Made by a program: the position numbers and the translations under genes. Source: Octopus bimaculoides (Eukaryota). From it: DNA of 64,000 nucleotides. A model generated the notes under the pieces. It was not told where the DNA came from. It did not search any database and saw only the letters and a list, made by a program, of their open reading frames with translations. Position 1 is the first letter of the stretch, and every line of letters starts with the position of its first letter. Positions 1 to 12,142 of this stretch are shown in pieces. Where the stretch lies: assembly GCF_001194135.2 (NCBI RefSeq), contig NC_069002.1, positions 4,751,378-4,815,377 on the forward strand, written 5' to 3'.

Positions 1-600
1 GAATTAACTAAATTAGGATAGAATAGTGGTTTCATATTTTTTTTATAATTAAGATCTTAACTGTTAATATATGAATGTGAAAGACATAATTGAATAACTG
101 TAAACTTACATTAGGGCCACCCTATATATATCATCATATATATATATATATATGTATGTATGTATTTGTGTATGCATGTGTCTATACAATCTCAAATGTC
201 TATATTTCTTCCTGTATGCCCATCTCATGTTTTGAAGAATTATATCTGTTCAGCCTGCAAAGATCATTGGGGGTCACTACCAAAATCTGAAAGCCCCTCC
301 CAAGCCACCAACACAGGGGCTACAAGATGATCTTGTGTAGCTGTGAATGGACGATATAGTCAAGCTAAGCTCCACCGAGATATGAACAGCTGGAAGATTG
401 TTAACACCTTGATCGGGGTCAGCCATCAAGGCCAGCTGAAGCTGGGGATGTGTGTGTGTGTGGGAGGGGGTTACGGTTTTATTTATTTATTGTTTTTGGT
501 ATCAAAGCCACTAATTTGTGCTACTTGTTTACTCATTTCATCTTCATCATCATCACCACCACCATCATCATTGTCATCATCATCATTGTGATTATCATCA

Positions 601-673
601 CTTGCCCAAGGTGCCACGCAGTGGGACTGAACCTGGAACGATGTGGTTGAGAAGCAAGCTTCTTACCACACAG
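601..673 (-). mobile_element. SINE family A fragment
   Basis: Reverse complement of the family A head (CTTGCCCAAGGTGCCACGCAGTGGGACTGAACC). Confidence 0.8.
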
Positions 674-1891
674 AAAGCTGCACCAGGCTCCAATCTGCCT
701 GATTAGATTGGAGCCTAGTGCTCACCAGTCCTCAGTCAAACCATCCAACCCATGCCAGCATGGAAAGCAGACATTAAGCGATGATGATGATAATATATAT
801 ATGTATTATACACACACACCTATATTCTATTACACATAGCAGTCAATATGGCAGTGCTTTAATGTACACAGATACAAGACACACCCCAATTTTATGAGGA
901 TGTTTATTTTTTTTAATATTTAAAAAAAAATTAAATAGGAATACGATTTATTTTTAATATCTTTTACACATATATAACCAGGATATGTATATATGTCAGT
1001 CAGCCAGCTTCACTTTCTCCCCACTCCATCCATCCCTCTATTTCTCTTTCTGGCTCTGTATCTCTGTAGAAGATATGGGTTTTAAAACAATGATTTTTGT
1101 TGGGTTTCTTGAAAGGATTGACTTCTTTTTTTTCGCCCTTTGAATGCAGGATTATTGGTGGTGCCCTTTTGTTACCATATTTCTGTCCACATACACTGCC
1201 TTTGTTTCAATTAATTGTTAAAATAATGAAGAATTTAGTTAAAATAACTTTCTCGTTATTAAGCTGGGGTCTGGAACAAATTAGCATAAAATTTTCATGG
1301 AAGATAATAATTCAGACCACTTTAAAACAGTAAGTTTATGTCATAGAACCCAGGGTGAGACTACATATTGGGTTATGATATTTGAATAAGATGGGCTTCA
1401 AGAGAAAACAGTTGGGATTTACCTCAACTCCCTACATAAGATTTACACACACATACGCATGCAGGAATGAGTGAGTGGACAAAGAAAAGAAAGAGGCACT
1501 GAGTACATTTAGTTGGAGTTACATACATTTCTTAATTACACTAATCCCTTGACTATCGTGAATGTTATGTTCCAACGATAGGTGATAATCTGTGAAGTAG
1601 AAACAGTACAGTACTCTGTTTCGTTTTTTTTGTAATTTTTATAATTTGTATATATTTATTTTATTATAAATGCAAAACAACTCCAGAGGAATCGACGTAA
1701 GCTCAAATAATAAACCACAATATGGCGAGAGATTACTGTAATTTAACTCAGCATAATATGACATAAAGTTTTGTAGCCTTATAGGATGAACACCTCAGAC
1801 TCACACACACACACACACCATCCAGCTCTCACATTTGTTATGCGTTGTAACTTCATCTGACCATCATCCTTCTCTGTTTCTGTGTTTTCAG

Positions 1892-2036
1892 CTCCGGAGT
1901 TTCAGCGGAGACCAAACCGAGTCGAGGTGGAATATGTCGGGCAGCGAATTCGTCTTCAGTGCCGAGTTAAGGGCAAACCAAGGCCGATGCTGTCATGGTA
2001 CCGTAATGGAAAAAGGGTTAATGTTAGTCAACCCAG
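1892..2036 (+). CDS. FGFR: FGFR exon: Ig1 (D1) N-terminal half, PEFQRRPNRVEVEYVGQRIRLQCRVKGKPRPMLSWYRNGKRVNVSQP(R)
   Basis: tgtgttttcAG acceptor, AG|GTATGG donor, 145 nt, phase 1 to 2; Ig I-set pattern L-x-C...G-x-P-x-P...W-Y-R-N-G. Confidence 0.88.
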
Positions 2037-3037
2037 GTATGGTTCACTTTTGTTCTACACACACACACACACTTAGGTTTTGGTGTGTTTGTATTTATTT
2101 GATATTGTTTTCATTCTTAGTTGTGTGTGTGTGTGTGTGTGTAAGCATGTTCATTTCCATTAAACAATGATGATATATACGCATATGTTTAGACACACAG
2201 CTAGTTATATTTCTATGTATAATGTACCCAAACATACTATGAACACGTGTGTGTGTATGTATATATTTATTTATGTATGTGTGTGTGGATGTTAAAGAAG
2301 AATTTTCAGCACCAGATCGTAAGATCCATTTGCATCAAACAGTTCTATAACCAAAGGCCTTTAAAGTTCAAATAAATAAAAGTCCCCGTAATATATTAGG
2401 AGCTCAAATATAATCAACTCTACTTTTTGCAACTAAATATGCAACCTTATCATCAACATCCTACAAGCAGGATGTTCCAACAGAAAGACCTTACCAAAGG
2501 GTCGGTGCTCTACAGAATGATGTAATATCTCAAAACCCTTTCAACCCATGCCAGCATAGACAAGAGGGATATGAACATAAAAATGATAATGGTGATGGTG
2601 GTGGAAGTGGTAGTGATGACGCCAACAAGAACGATATTTTTGCCATTTTTGTGATGTTGCGTATCCTATTTGCCGCCATATAAAAACTCGATTCCCTGAA
2701 ATATGCATCAAGGACTTATCCAAATGTCATGTACATATGTGTGTGTGTGTGTGTTTGTATCACCACTCACTTCAAAACCCATTGGAAGTCGCTCTTACGA
2801 AATATATACTGAGGCAAGTTTAAACCGTGCCATGTCCCCTCTACCCTCACACCTCTGCAAAATATTCTTGTGTAATAAAAGTGTGTCGTTTGTAGGGGAT
2901 CTGTGTTGTACACCTCAAATAAGGTATGTATGCGTTTGTGTATGTATATATGTGTGTATACATTTCTGTATATGTATGTTTGTGTGTGTATGTATGTGTA
3001 CATAGTATATATGTATATATTTCTGTATGGTGTGTGT

Positions 3038-3072
<35 letters not shown>

Positions 3073-3884
3073 NNNNNNNNNNNNNNNNNNNNNNNNNNNN
3101 NNNNNNNNNNNNNNNNNNNNNNNNNNNNNNNNNNNNNNNNNNNNNNNNNNNNNNNNNNNNNNNNNNNNNNNNNNNNNNNNNNNNNNNNNNNNNNNNNNNN
3201 NNNNNNNNNNNNNNNNNNNNNNNNNNNNNNNNNNNNNNNNNNNNNNNNNNNNNNNNNNNNNNNNNNNNNNNNNNNNNNNNNNNNNNNNNNNNNNNNNNNN
3301 NNNNNNNNNNNNNNNNNNNNNNNNNNNNNNNNNNNNNNNNNNNNNNNNNNNNNNNNNNNNNNNNNNNNNNNNNNNNNNNNNNNNNNNNNNNNNNNNNNNN
3401 NNNNNNNNNNNNNNNNNNNNNNNNNNNNNNNNNNNNNNNNNNNNNNNNNNNNNNNNNNNNNNNNNNNNNNNNNNNNNNNNNNNNNNNNNNNNNNNNNNNN
3501 NNNNNNNNNNNNNNNNNNNNNNNNNNNNNNNNNNNNNNNNNNNNNNNNNNNNNNNNNNNNNNNNNNNNNNNNNNNNNNNNNNNNNNNNNNNNNNNNNNNN
3601 NNNNNNNNNNNNNNNNNNNNNNNNNNNNNNNNNNNNNNNNNNNNNNNNNNNNNNNNNNNNNNNNNNNNNNNNNNNCTCGTTTATATTGCTCAGTTCCCCC
3701 TCATTACCTCTGATCTTTCAGTTATTGTTGATGCTGTAGTTGTGGCAGTTATTGTTATAGCTTATAATGTAGTATACACATCTGCAGTGCGTGTATGTGT
3801 GCAGCTGTCAAATTATGTGTGTGTATGTATATATATATATATATGTGTGTGTGTGTATATATGTTATTATTATTATTATCATCA

Positions 3885-4065
3885 TGCTGGACAAAATGCT
3901 CAGCAACATTTCGTCTATCTTTATGTTCTGAGTTCAAATTTTGCCATGGTTGACTTTGCCTTTCATCTTTTTGGGCTCAGTAAATTAAGTACCAGTGAAA
4001 CACGAGAGTTAATGTAATTGGCTAGTGCCCCCCCCCCCCTCAAAAAAATTTTGAGGCCTTCCGTA
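3885..4065 (+). mobile_element. SINE family B
   Basis: Match to 43882-44100. Confidence 0.75.
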
Positions 4066-4570
4066 GAAATTATTATTATTATTTATTATTATTATGCTGG
4101 ACGAAATGTTTAGCGATATTTCACCTGTCGTTACATTCTGGGTTCGATTTCTCAGCATACATTCAAGTATTTGGACTTGTGTGGACCAGTTTCTGGACTG
4201 GCATTATAGCCTCACCTTCCTCAGCAAGCGTTACCATGATAAAGAGCCCCAACCCGTCGTGTTGAAGTCTGCACTGCAACTGATTTATTTTGCGCCGTAG
4301 CCTGGTGCAGCCATCTGGTTCGCCAGTCCTCAGTCAAATCGTCCAACCCATGCTAGCATGGAAAGCAGACGTTAAACGATGATGATGATGATGATTCATG
4401 GCAACCACCAGTGTGAAAATACTTTCAGTTTTCCGTGAATTAATTTTCTCATGATTTATTCGCTCCGTATATATGTATATATTATTTTATTTTATTTTAT
4501 ATATATATATATATTATTTTATTTTATTTTATATATATATATATATTATTTTATTTTATTTATGTTTCAG

Positions 4571-4627
4571 AAAAAGAAAATACAACATCAGACACAATAT
4601 CAGATGCAGAATATGTAAAGCAAAGAG
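4571..4627 (+). CDS. FGFR: FGFR exon: D1-D2 linker, (x)KENTTSDTISDAEYVKQR(G)
   Basis: tatgtttcAG acceptor, AG|GTAAAC donor, 57 nt, open in phase 1 to 1; joins in frame to GPPRW of the next exon. No homology motif to confirm. Confidence 0.65.
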
Positions 4628-4665
4628 GTAAACTTGGTTTTTCATTCTTCTTATTGTTGTTGTTA

Positions 4666-4790
4666 AGGCGGCCAAGCTGTCAGAATCGTTAGCACGCCAG
4701 GCAAAATGCTTAGCAGTATTTCGCCTGTGGCTACATTCTGAGTTCAAATTCTGCCAAGGTCGACTTTACTTTTCACTCTTTCGGGGTCAA
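4666..4790 (+). mobile_element. SINE family B (5' part)
   Basis: Match to 43882-44100. Confidence 0.75.
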
Positions 4791-5034
4791 TATGCTACTT
4801 TGAGGGACTCTGGTAAATATTACTTAATTTTCGAAACAAGTGGGGAATGGCAATGGAAAGAACTTCTGGTTGTAAGAAAATTACTTCAATAAGTTTCATC
4901 AGACACACGCTAGCAAAGGGAGGTGGACGTGAAAATGAAATGATTTATACATGCGCGCACGCACATGCACACACACACACATACAGATAGATACATAGAC
5001 AGATGCACACAGGCACACACACACAAATATTAGG

Positions 5035-5175
5035 CATCAGTTCTCATCTACCAAATTCATTCACAAGGCTTTAGTCATCCCAGGGCTATTGTAGAAGATA
5101 CTTGCCCAAGATGCCACGCAGTGGGACTGAACCTGGAACCATGTGGTTGGGAAGCAAGCTTCTTACCATACTGCC
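5035..5175 (-). mobile_element. SINE family A
   Basis: Reverse-complement match to 33191-33355. Confidence 0.8.
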
Positions 5176-6106
5176 ATTCTTGCACCAATACACACACAAG
5201 CATATGTATATATATATAGGTTTCGGCCAGTATAGACCCCAGGCCATGTCTAACTTAATAGCACCACCTGGTGAAGTCTTTTAGTCATATATGAGGCACC
5301 ATATATATATATATTATATATATTTTACATATATATATTATATATAGACACCCAGAATCGCATAGTCTGAAACCTATATTATATATATAATATATGTTTG
5401 CCTGTATTTATTGGTGTGTGCGTATATATACACACACGCACTATCCTCTCCCCTTCCCTCTAGGCTGGCAATATTCCTTGATTCAGCATCTTGCTAATGG
5501 TCTGAAACCAAGGGAGGGAGATAGTGTGTGTGTGTGTGTGTACATATGTATGTGTACGGTTTGGTAGTGAGATAATTGTAGCTTCAGCTGTTAAAGAATT
5601 CCTTCCTGTTTTTCTTTTTGTTAAGTTTTTTTTTCTTTCCCTTTCTTCTCCTCTGCTCCCCCCCACCACCACCACCTTTGCTATTTTATAGCTTATTGCT
5701 TATGTCAATAGAATTAAAGATATACTTTTACCTCCATCTGTTGTTGTAGTTCAGAGACATACATACACATTCATGCCCATACATACATGTATTTACGTGT
5801 GCATATGTATGTGTATATAAATATGTATGTATATGTATGTGTGTATATATGTATATATATGTGTATATATCTATATATTTATGTATATATATGTGTGTGT
5901 ATATATATATTTATGTGTATATCTATATATATGCATATATGTATGTATATATATATATATATGTGTGTATGCATATATATATGTATATATGTGTACACCA
6001 TGAACACTTGTATCAAACTTTCTCTCTTTCTTAGTCTCTTGTTAAAGAGCAGTGAGTGAGCAGTTTTCTCTGACTCTATGTTTTTATCTTTACATCTCTT
6101 ACACAC

Positions 6107-6142
<36 letters not shown>

Positions 6143-6744
6143 TTTGCAGTCTAACTTCTTTATCAGTCTCAACTAAAATTAATGTTTCTGTGCAGTTCTA
6201 GTGGTCGTTAAGTTAAGGAAATCCCATGAAAGTGATGGTGGGGACAGTGGCACCTGGACTAAAATTGAGAAGGGGAATGTGTGTCTGTGTGTGTGGTGGT
6301 GGGGGGATGGCATCGGGATGCTGGTCTTTGTCTTTCTACATCCATTTCACCATGCCTGTATGGGTCGGACAGATCTTCTTCAGCACATCATCTCGCCATA
6401 TGTCATTGTTTGTTATCTCCTTTATTAGGTTCAGCTTCCTGAGATCTTCTGTTCCCAATATAAACACATGCAAACACAAACACTCACATACACACACACA
6501 CATTCACACAGATACACACACTTACATATGGCCCTGCATCTTTCATTCTCTTTACACCTCCCTCTCTCTCTCTCTCTCTCTCATTATCTCTTTGTCTCTC
6601 AGAGACCAGGCCCCAGCTATCTAGAAAGGGTACAGTTGTAAATAGGGAACTGTCCCATCCATAGTTTAGCTAGAGGAATGTGGCTTAGTGGTCACAATTG
6701 GCACCACTGTATTTACTGAAATTATTTATATGAAAATCTTAACA

Positions 6745-6900
6745 GGCATGCCTGGGTAGTAAGAAGCTTGCTTCCCAACCACATGGTTCTGGGTTCAGTC
6801 CCACTGTGTGGCATCTTGGACAAGTGTCTTCTACTATAGCCTCAGGTCAACCAAAGCCTTGTGAGTGGATTTGGTTGACAGAAGCTAAAAGGAGCCCATC
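6745..6900 (+). mobile_element. SINE family A
   Basis: Direct match to 33191-33355. Confidence 0.8.
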
Positions 6901-7423
6901 ATATATATCTATGTGTGTGTGTGTGTGTGTGTGTCCTTGAGTCTGTGTTTGTTATAGTCTCCTTCCCCGTCCCCTGCTTGACAAAAGGTATTGGTGTGAT
7001 TACATCCCCATAACTTAACCATTTGGCAAAAAGACCCTGATAAGTATTGAGGTCAATTTGACTAAAAATTCTTCAAGGTGGTGCCCCAGCACGACCACTG
7101 TCTAATGACTGAAACAAGGAAAAGATAAAAAGACGAAAGACCTAGTTTATTAAAACACTGCCTGAGTACCTTAACAAAGGCTTAATTGAGTGGTTAACAG
7201 GTTTGCTCTACTGGACACAGGTTCCACCCCACTGGATGGCATTTTAGTCAAGCCTCATACTTTATAGCATAATAGCTGTCTCTCAATACACCCATTTATT
7301 TCTGAACGAGGGAGTTGTTCAAGACTTTTGTCCTCTTCGTAAGATTTCTGATAAAAATTTGTTGCTGTACAACTAATGTCAGGACCAACCAACAAAACTT
7401 GTTGTGTTGCTCCTACAACAACA

Positions 7424-7424
<1 letters not shown>

Positions 7425-7494
<70 letters not shown>
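7425..7494. repeat. (TAC)n microsatellite
   Basis: Direct reading. Confidence 0.95.
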
Positions 7495-7500
<6 letters not shown>

Positions 7501-7860
7501 TACTCCTTCTACATTAATGGTAGAGAACTTGTATGTTTGCAAGAAAACTTAACCCATCTGTCTATCACATCTTAACACTGATGGATATCTCATAAGCATC
7601 CCAACCAACTTAAAGGTGTATAAGTAGGTAAGTGTGTGTGTGTGTGTGTGTGTTTATCGTAGTGACCCCCCTTTCCTCGACTGATTCACCCCAGATGTTC
7701 GCATTCTACTTCCTGTTTACCCAGAGACATATCTAGCTTTTTCACTCAAATATCTCATTGGCACATTATGCATGTCCTGCTTGCTTCTTTTACACACTTC
7801 CTTCATAAACATTTCACCTCCACCCCTTCCCTACTTAAGCATACATATATACATATATAT

Positions 7861-7917
<57 letters not shown>

Positions 7918-8250
7918 AGCAAGCATTTGCTGTAAATATCTGACTAGCCAATAACAGTATGTCCTGTTTCCTTCCAGCTCATAATGTTGGTTCCAGCACT
8001 TCCTGAATAAACATGCTTGTCTATCTATTCATCTGTCTATCTATCAGTTTGTCTGTCTATCCATCTATGTATCTCTGTCTATCTATTGTCTAACCATCTA
8101 TTTGTCTGATTGTCTGTCTGTCTATCTATCTGTTTGCCTGTCTGTTGGTCTGTCTCCCTACTTGTCTATCAGCGAGTAAAACAGTAAAACGTCCTGTACA
8201 CTAAACACATTATTGTCATTTTGTTTTGCTTTTTATTTATTTTTATCAAG

Positions 8251-8408
8251 GTCCACCACGATGGTCATCTAAAAAGGCCCCGATCAGACTTGTGGCACGT
8301 CCACCAAGTTCTTGGGTCCAATTGAAATGTCCGGCTATTGGGAACCCTAAGCCCAACATAACGTGGTATAAATCTGGTAAACTTTTCAAAGAGGGCCAAA
8401 TGAAACAG
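8251..8408 (+). CDS. FGFR: FGFR exon: Ig2 (D2) first half, GPPRWSSKKAPIRLVARPPSSWVQLKCPAIGNPKPNITWYKSGKLFKEGQMKQ
   Basis: ttttatcAAG acceptor, CAG|GTAAGA donor, 158 nt, phase 1 to 0; CPAxGNPxPxIxWYK is the FGFR D2 motif. Confidence 0.95.
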
Positions 8409-8514
8409 GTAAGATGGAAAGATTAAAAAAATTTTTTTTAATTTTTTACCCCAAACTCAAGTGCCCTCCACCCCCCACCCCCATGCACCTATCCAGCAAT
8501 TATTTAGGCATGTA

Positions 8515-8636
8515 GCCTAAACCCTAACCTTAATTCCAACCCTTAATCCTAATCCTAAACATTGACACTAAGCCCAAATCCCAACACTGAATCCTAATCC
8601 TAAAACCCTGACCTAACTTTAAACCCTAAACCTAAT
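8515..8636. repeat. Degenerate (CCCTAA)n telomere-like tract
   Basis: cctaaaccctaaccttaattccaacccttaatcctaatcctaaac...aaaccctaaacctaa. Confidence 0.6.
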
Positions 8637-9017
8637 TCAGATCATTTCACAGTGTAGGCTATGGATACTGTGGCAGATCTCATGCTAAAACAACACCAAC
8701 ATTCTGTGGTATTTCAGCAGTGGTGTCTTCTGGTATACAGGCACAGCAAACTTGAATGGTTTAAAAGTTCACATTGTGGTTTGAGGGAGATTTAGTTAGC
8801 TGCTGTTTCCAGCAGGGTGGACAAACATGAGCAGGTTACGAATTTTTTTTTTTTTTTTTTTTTTAATAGCTGGTCACTCATCTTGTTACTAAACCACTGA
8901 TCAAAGGAGGAGATAAAAGTGAGACCTGTTGACCTAATTGTCGGCCAGGTAGACTGATAAAAAGCATTTTGCATTTTAGTTATTCTGCTATTAATGTATT
9001 TATATTTATTTGTTCAG

Positions 9018-9135
9018 GCAAGAAAATGGACGCTAACGATCAAGGATGTTGTTCCAGAAGATGCTGGGAATTACACCTGCATTGTGAGCAATGAAGAGGG
9101 ATCGATCCACTGGACCTATGAACTCAAGATTGTTC
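9018..9135 (+). CDS. FGFR: FGFR exon: Ig2 second half, ARKWTLTIKDVVPEDAGNYTCIVSNEEGSIHWTYELKIV(Q)
   Basis: tgttcAG acceptor; DxGNYTCxVxNxxGSI motif; 118 nt, phase 0 to 1, donor C|GTCAGT. An alternative in-frame donor lies at 9147. Confidence 0.95.
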
Positions 9136-9643
9136 GTCAGTATTCTGGTATATGTTCTTAATCTGGTGTGTGTTGGTGATATTGTGAGCGAGAGATTACT
9201 GAGAGTGGGGTTAAGGAGAGAGAGAAATACAAGGTGAGAAAGAAATAATGGAAATCAGCAAAAATGGGAGAATGAAAGAAAGGAATAGACATATGGGAGA
9301 GAGATTAAATGTTTGGGGTGGGGAGTTAAAATGGGAGAGAAGACAAGGGAGGAGGGGTGTAATAGAAATGAGAAGTTTGTATTTTGAGAGAGAGAGAGAA
9401 AGTGGTGGGTGTGTAAGAGAGATAGGAAGATAGTGTATGTGATGTAAAATTTGAGATGAAGGCAGGACTGAGACAGAAAGAGAGCGTGGTCAAAACAATA
9501 TCTGTGTATCGCAATTTCTGTGTTATTTCCCTTCATCAGCACAAGAATTGTTCGGCTAGAGGTGGCGCTGCCAAATTCTCATTCGAAATATATAGTTTCC
9601 AGAGTGATAGTCACTGATCTATAAATTAGAAAATTACTATTTT

Positions 9644-9921
9644 TAAATCTCACAACGAGAGATATTCAGCAACAGTACTTTGGAGTAAAGATTGTTTGCC
9701 AACATAACATGGCAGTCCTAGTTTAGGGCGAATGTTGCTGTAATTTAGCCCCAGGAGACATTGTCTTCAGCTGGCTATACGACACGATCTGTGTCCTGAT
9801 ATTTTCTAACAAGGGGCTAAATTACAGTAACATTCGTCCTAAACCAGGACTGCCATGTTATGTTGGCAAATAATCTTTACTCCGAAGTATTATTGCTGAA
9901 TATCTCTCATTGTGAGATTTA
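9644..9921. mobile_element. Palindromic MITE-like element, about 109-bp inverted arms
   Basis: 9644-9752 is the reverse complement of 9813-9921 with few mismatches; a related fragment lies at about 62575-62632. Confidence 0.8.
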
Positions 9922-10079
9922 CAAATAGGAATTAAATGTTTACATACAGAGAGAGAGACACACACAGGCTATGATTTGATACGTGCATGCATATTTGCTG
10001 AGTTGATCACTGATTGAAAAAAAAAAATTTAATTAAATTTAAGAATTAAAAAAAAGAAAATTTTTTTTTTATGTTGTAG

Positions 10080-10267
10080 AGCGGGTGCCACATGCGCCCT
10101 TCATTGATGGACCAAAGAACCAAACAGTAACGTACGGGGGGACAGCCAAGTTTATGTGTAAAGTGATGATAAGTGATCTTCATCCACACCTGCAGTGGCT
10201 CAGGCATTACGAAGTGAATGGCACCTACCAAACAGAAAATGGGGAACCGTTTGTCCGGGTCATCAAG
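10080..10267 (+). CDS. FGFR: FGFR exon: Ig3 first half (IIIa-equivalent), RVPHAPFIDGPKNQTVTYGGTAKFMCKVMISDLHPHLQWLRHYEVNGTYQTENGEPFVRVIK
   Basis: T-tract plus tgtAG acceptor, AAG|GTACGC donor, 188 nt, phase 1 to 0; matches FGFR CKVxSDxxPHIQW...VNG. Confidence 0.96.
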
Positions 10268-10794
10268 GTACGCTTTCATTACTAACATGTACATGTGAGT
10301 ATGTATACGTGTGTGCGTGTGTATGTCGACACCTGACACGTGGTACAGTTAGCACCTGTTCAGACAATGTCGTGAGTGAGCTAATGTACAATACAAACAT
10401 TTGATCATTATAAACAAATCATTTGTGCAGGTCATTCAGCAAAAGCTGACCACTCATTTGTTATCTTCGATGGAAGAGTCCATCATATATATACATATGT
10501 ATAGTTGAAATTTATAGAAAAACAGAAGACGAAGACAGGTGTGTGAACAACAAGCAAGTGTATTGGTTTGATGCGCAGGAAAAATGAAGTCTTTCATGTT
10601 TCGAGCCTATGCTCTTCAACAGAAAGGAATGAGAGAAAATAAACAGAATGCACACACGCATACAGTGTCATACTGTGGAATACTCGACTGCTTCCGCTGT
10701 CAGAATTCAATGAATAGTGTGTAGTTCCTTTCATTAAACAACTGGAGCATTATTGAAATCCATATAAAATTCGTGTGTGTGTGTATAGGTATAG

Positions 10795-10950
10795 GTTTGG
10801 CAGTGTGGCAAGAAGCTTGCTTCCCAACCACACGGTTCTGGGTTCAGTCCCACTGCATGGCACCTTGGACAAGTGTCTTCTACTACAGCCTCAGGCCAAC
10901 TAAAGCCTTCTGAGTGGATTTGGTAGATGGAAACTGAAAGAAACCCATTG
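10795..10950 (+). mobile_element. SINE family A
   Basis: Direct match to 33191-33355. Confidence 0.8.
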
Positions 10951-11164
10951 TGTGAATATCTGTGTGTCTGTGGTTGTGCCCCAGCACTGCTTGACAGCCA
11001 GTGTTGGTGTTTACGTCCCTGTCACTTAGCAGTTTGTCGAAATGACAATAGAGTAAGTAGCAGGCTTAAAATATAAGTTCTGGGGTTTATTCTTCAACTA
11101 AAAACTCTTCAAGGCAGTCTTAACAAGTGAAAGATAGAAGATAGACACACACACACACATTCAT

Positions 11165-11362
11165 TCATCATTTAATGTCCGTTTTCCATACTGGCATAGG
11201 TCGGATGGTTTGACTGAGGTCTGGAGTGCCAGCAGCTGCACCAGGCTCCAATCTGATCTGGCAACGATTCTATAGCTGGATGCCCTTCCTAACACCAACC
11301 ACTCTGAGAGTGGGTGCTTTTTACGTGCCACTGGCACAGGAGCCAGTTAGGCGGGCCTGGCA
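11165..11362 (-). mobile_element. Retroposon family C
   Basis: Match to 53065-53260. Confidence 0.75.
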
Positions 11363-11865
11363 TCGATCATATATATATAATATATATTTGTATGTGTGTG
11401 TACACATGTGCACATACAATTATCCGTTAAATTCTAGATTTGGTCGGGTGGGGGCAGGGCTTTTCCCTTCAACTTTGAAAACCTACTTTTCTTTCTCCGT
11501 CTCCATATTTCTGGTAAGTTCTTTCTTTTACTAGGCACCGTGCTGACCATTTTTAACGACTGCAGCAAAATGAAAGTAGAAATATATCAAATGTTTCTTC
11601 TGTGTATTTTTTTTTCCTTTTTTTCTTCGTAAATCTTTTAGGGTTCCAAGGTTCCATTTCTGGGATGGATGTTTTGGATATTACAGTACCCAGAGGGCAC
11701 TTCATCTAATTCTGTCTTTTTTGTTTGTTTTTTTCTTTCTTTCTATTTCTCCTGTCTATTTGACTTTGTATATAACAAATCTATTTCACATCTTTCTCTT
11801 TTTCTCTTCACACATCAGTACATTTTAATACATATACATATAACATATATCACCAAAAGTTATGT

Positions 11866-11897
<32 letters not shown>

Positions 11898-12101
11898 CAT
11901 ACATATATATATATATAAAACAAACCTATAAATATCACAAAATCTAATATACATATACTAAAGAAGGAGAGAAAATAGAAAGCTTTTGACAATACAGAAA
12001 GTTTCACAAAACCATTACATTTGGGGCACAAAAGCCCATCTTCAAATTTGAATGAATTAACGGGACCTGTTTATCTGGGCATTTCCCACAANNNNNNNNN
12101 N

Positions 12102-12142
<41 letters not shown>

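Noticed and set aside
252-340. Possible upstream FGFR exon PAKIIGGHYQNLKAPPKPPTQGLQDDLV
   Set aside because: Ends in a stop with no usable phase-1 donor; no signal-peptide character.
4791-4890. Ig-like peptide YATLRDSGKYYLIFETSG as the missing Ig1 exon
   Set aside because: No Cys after DSGKY, 5' part is SINE sequence, no acceptor, the donor is in the wrong phase, and it lies downstream of the linker exon.
6201-6428. ORF with DSGTW motif
   Set aside because: The phase-2 reading needed from the nearby AG hits TAA; no Y-x-C.
11642-11947. Strong acceptor with phase-0 open frame 1.4 kb after the Ig3 exon
   Set aside because: Frame runs through T-tracts and microsatellite, with no donor or protein-like composition.
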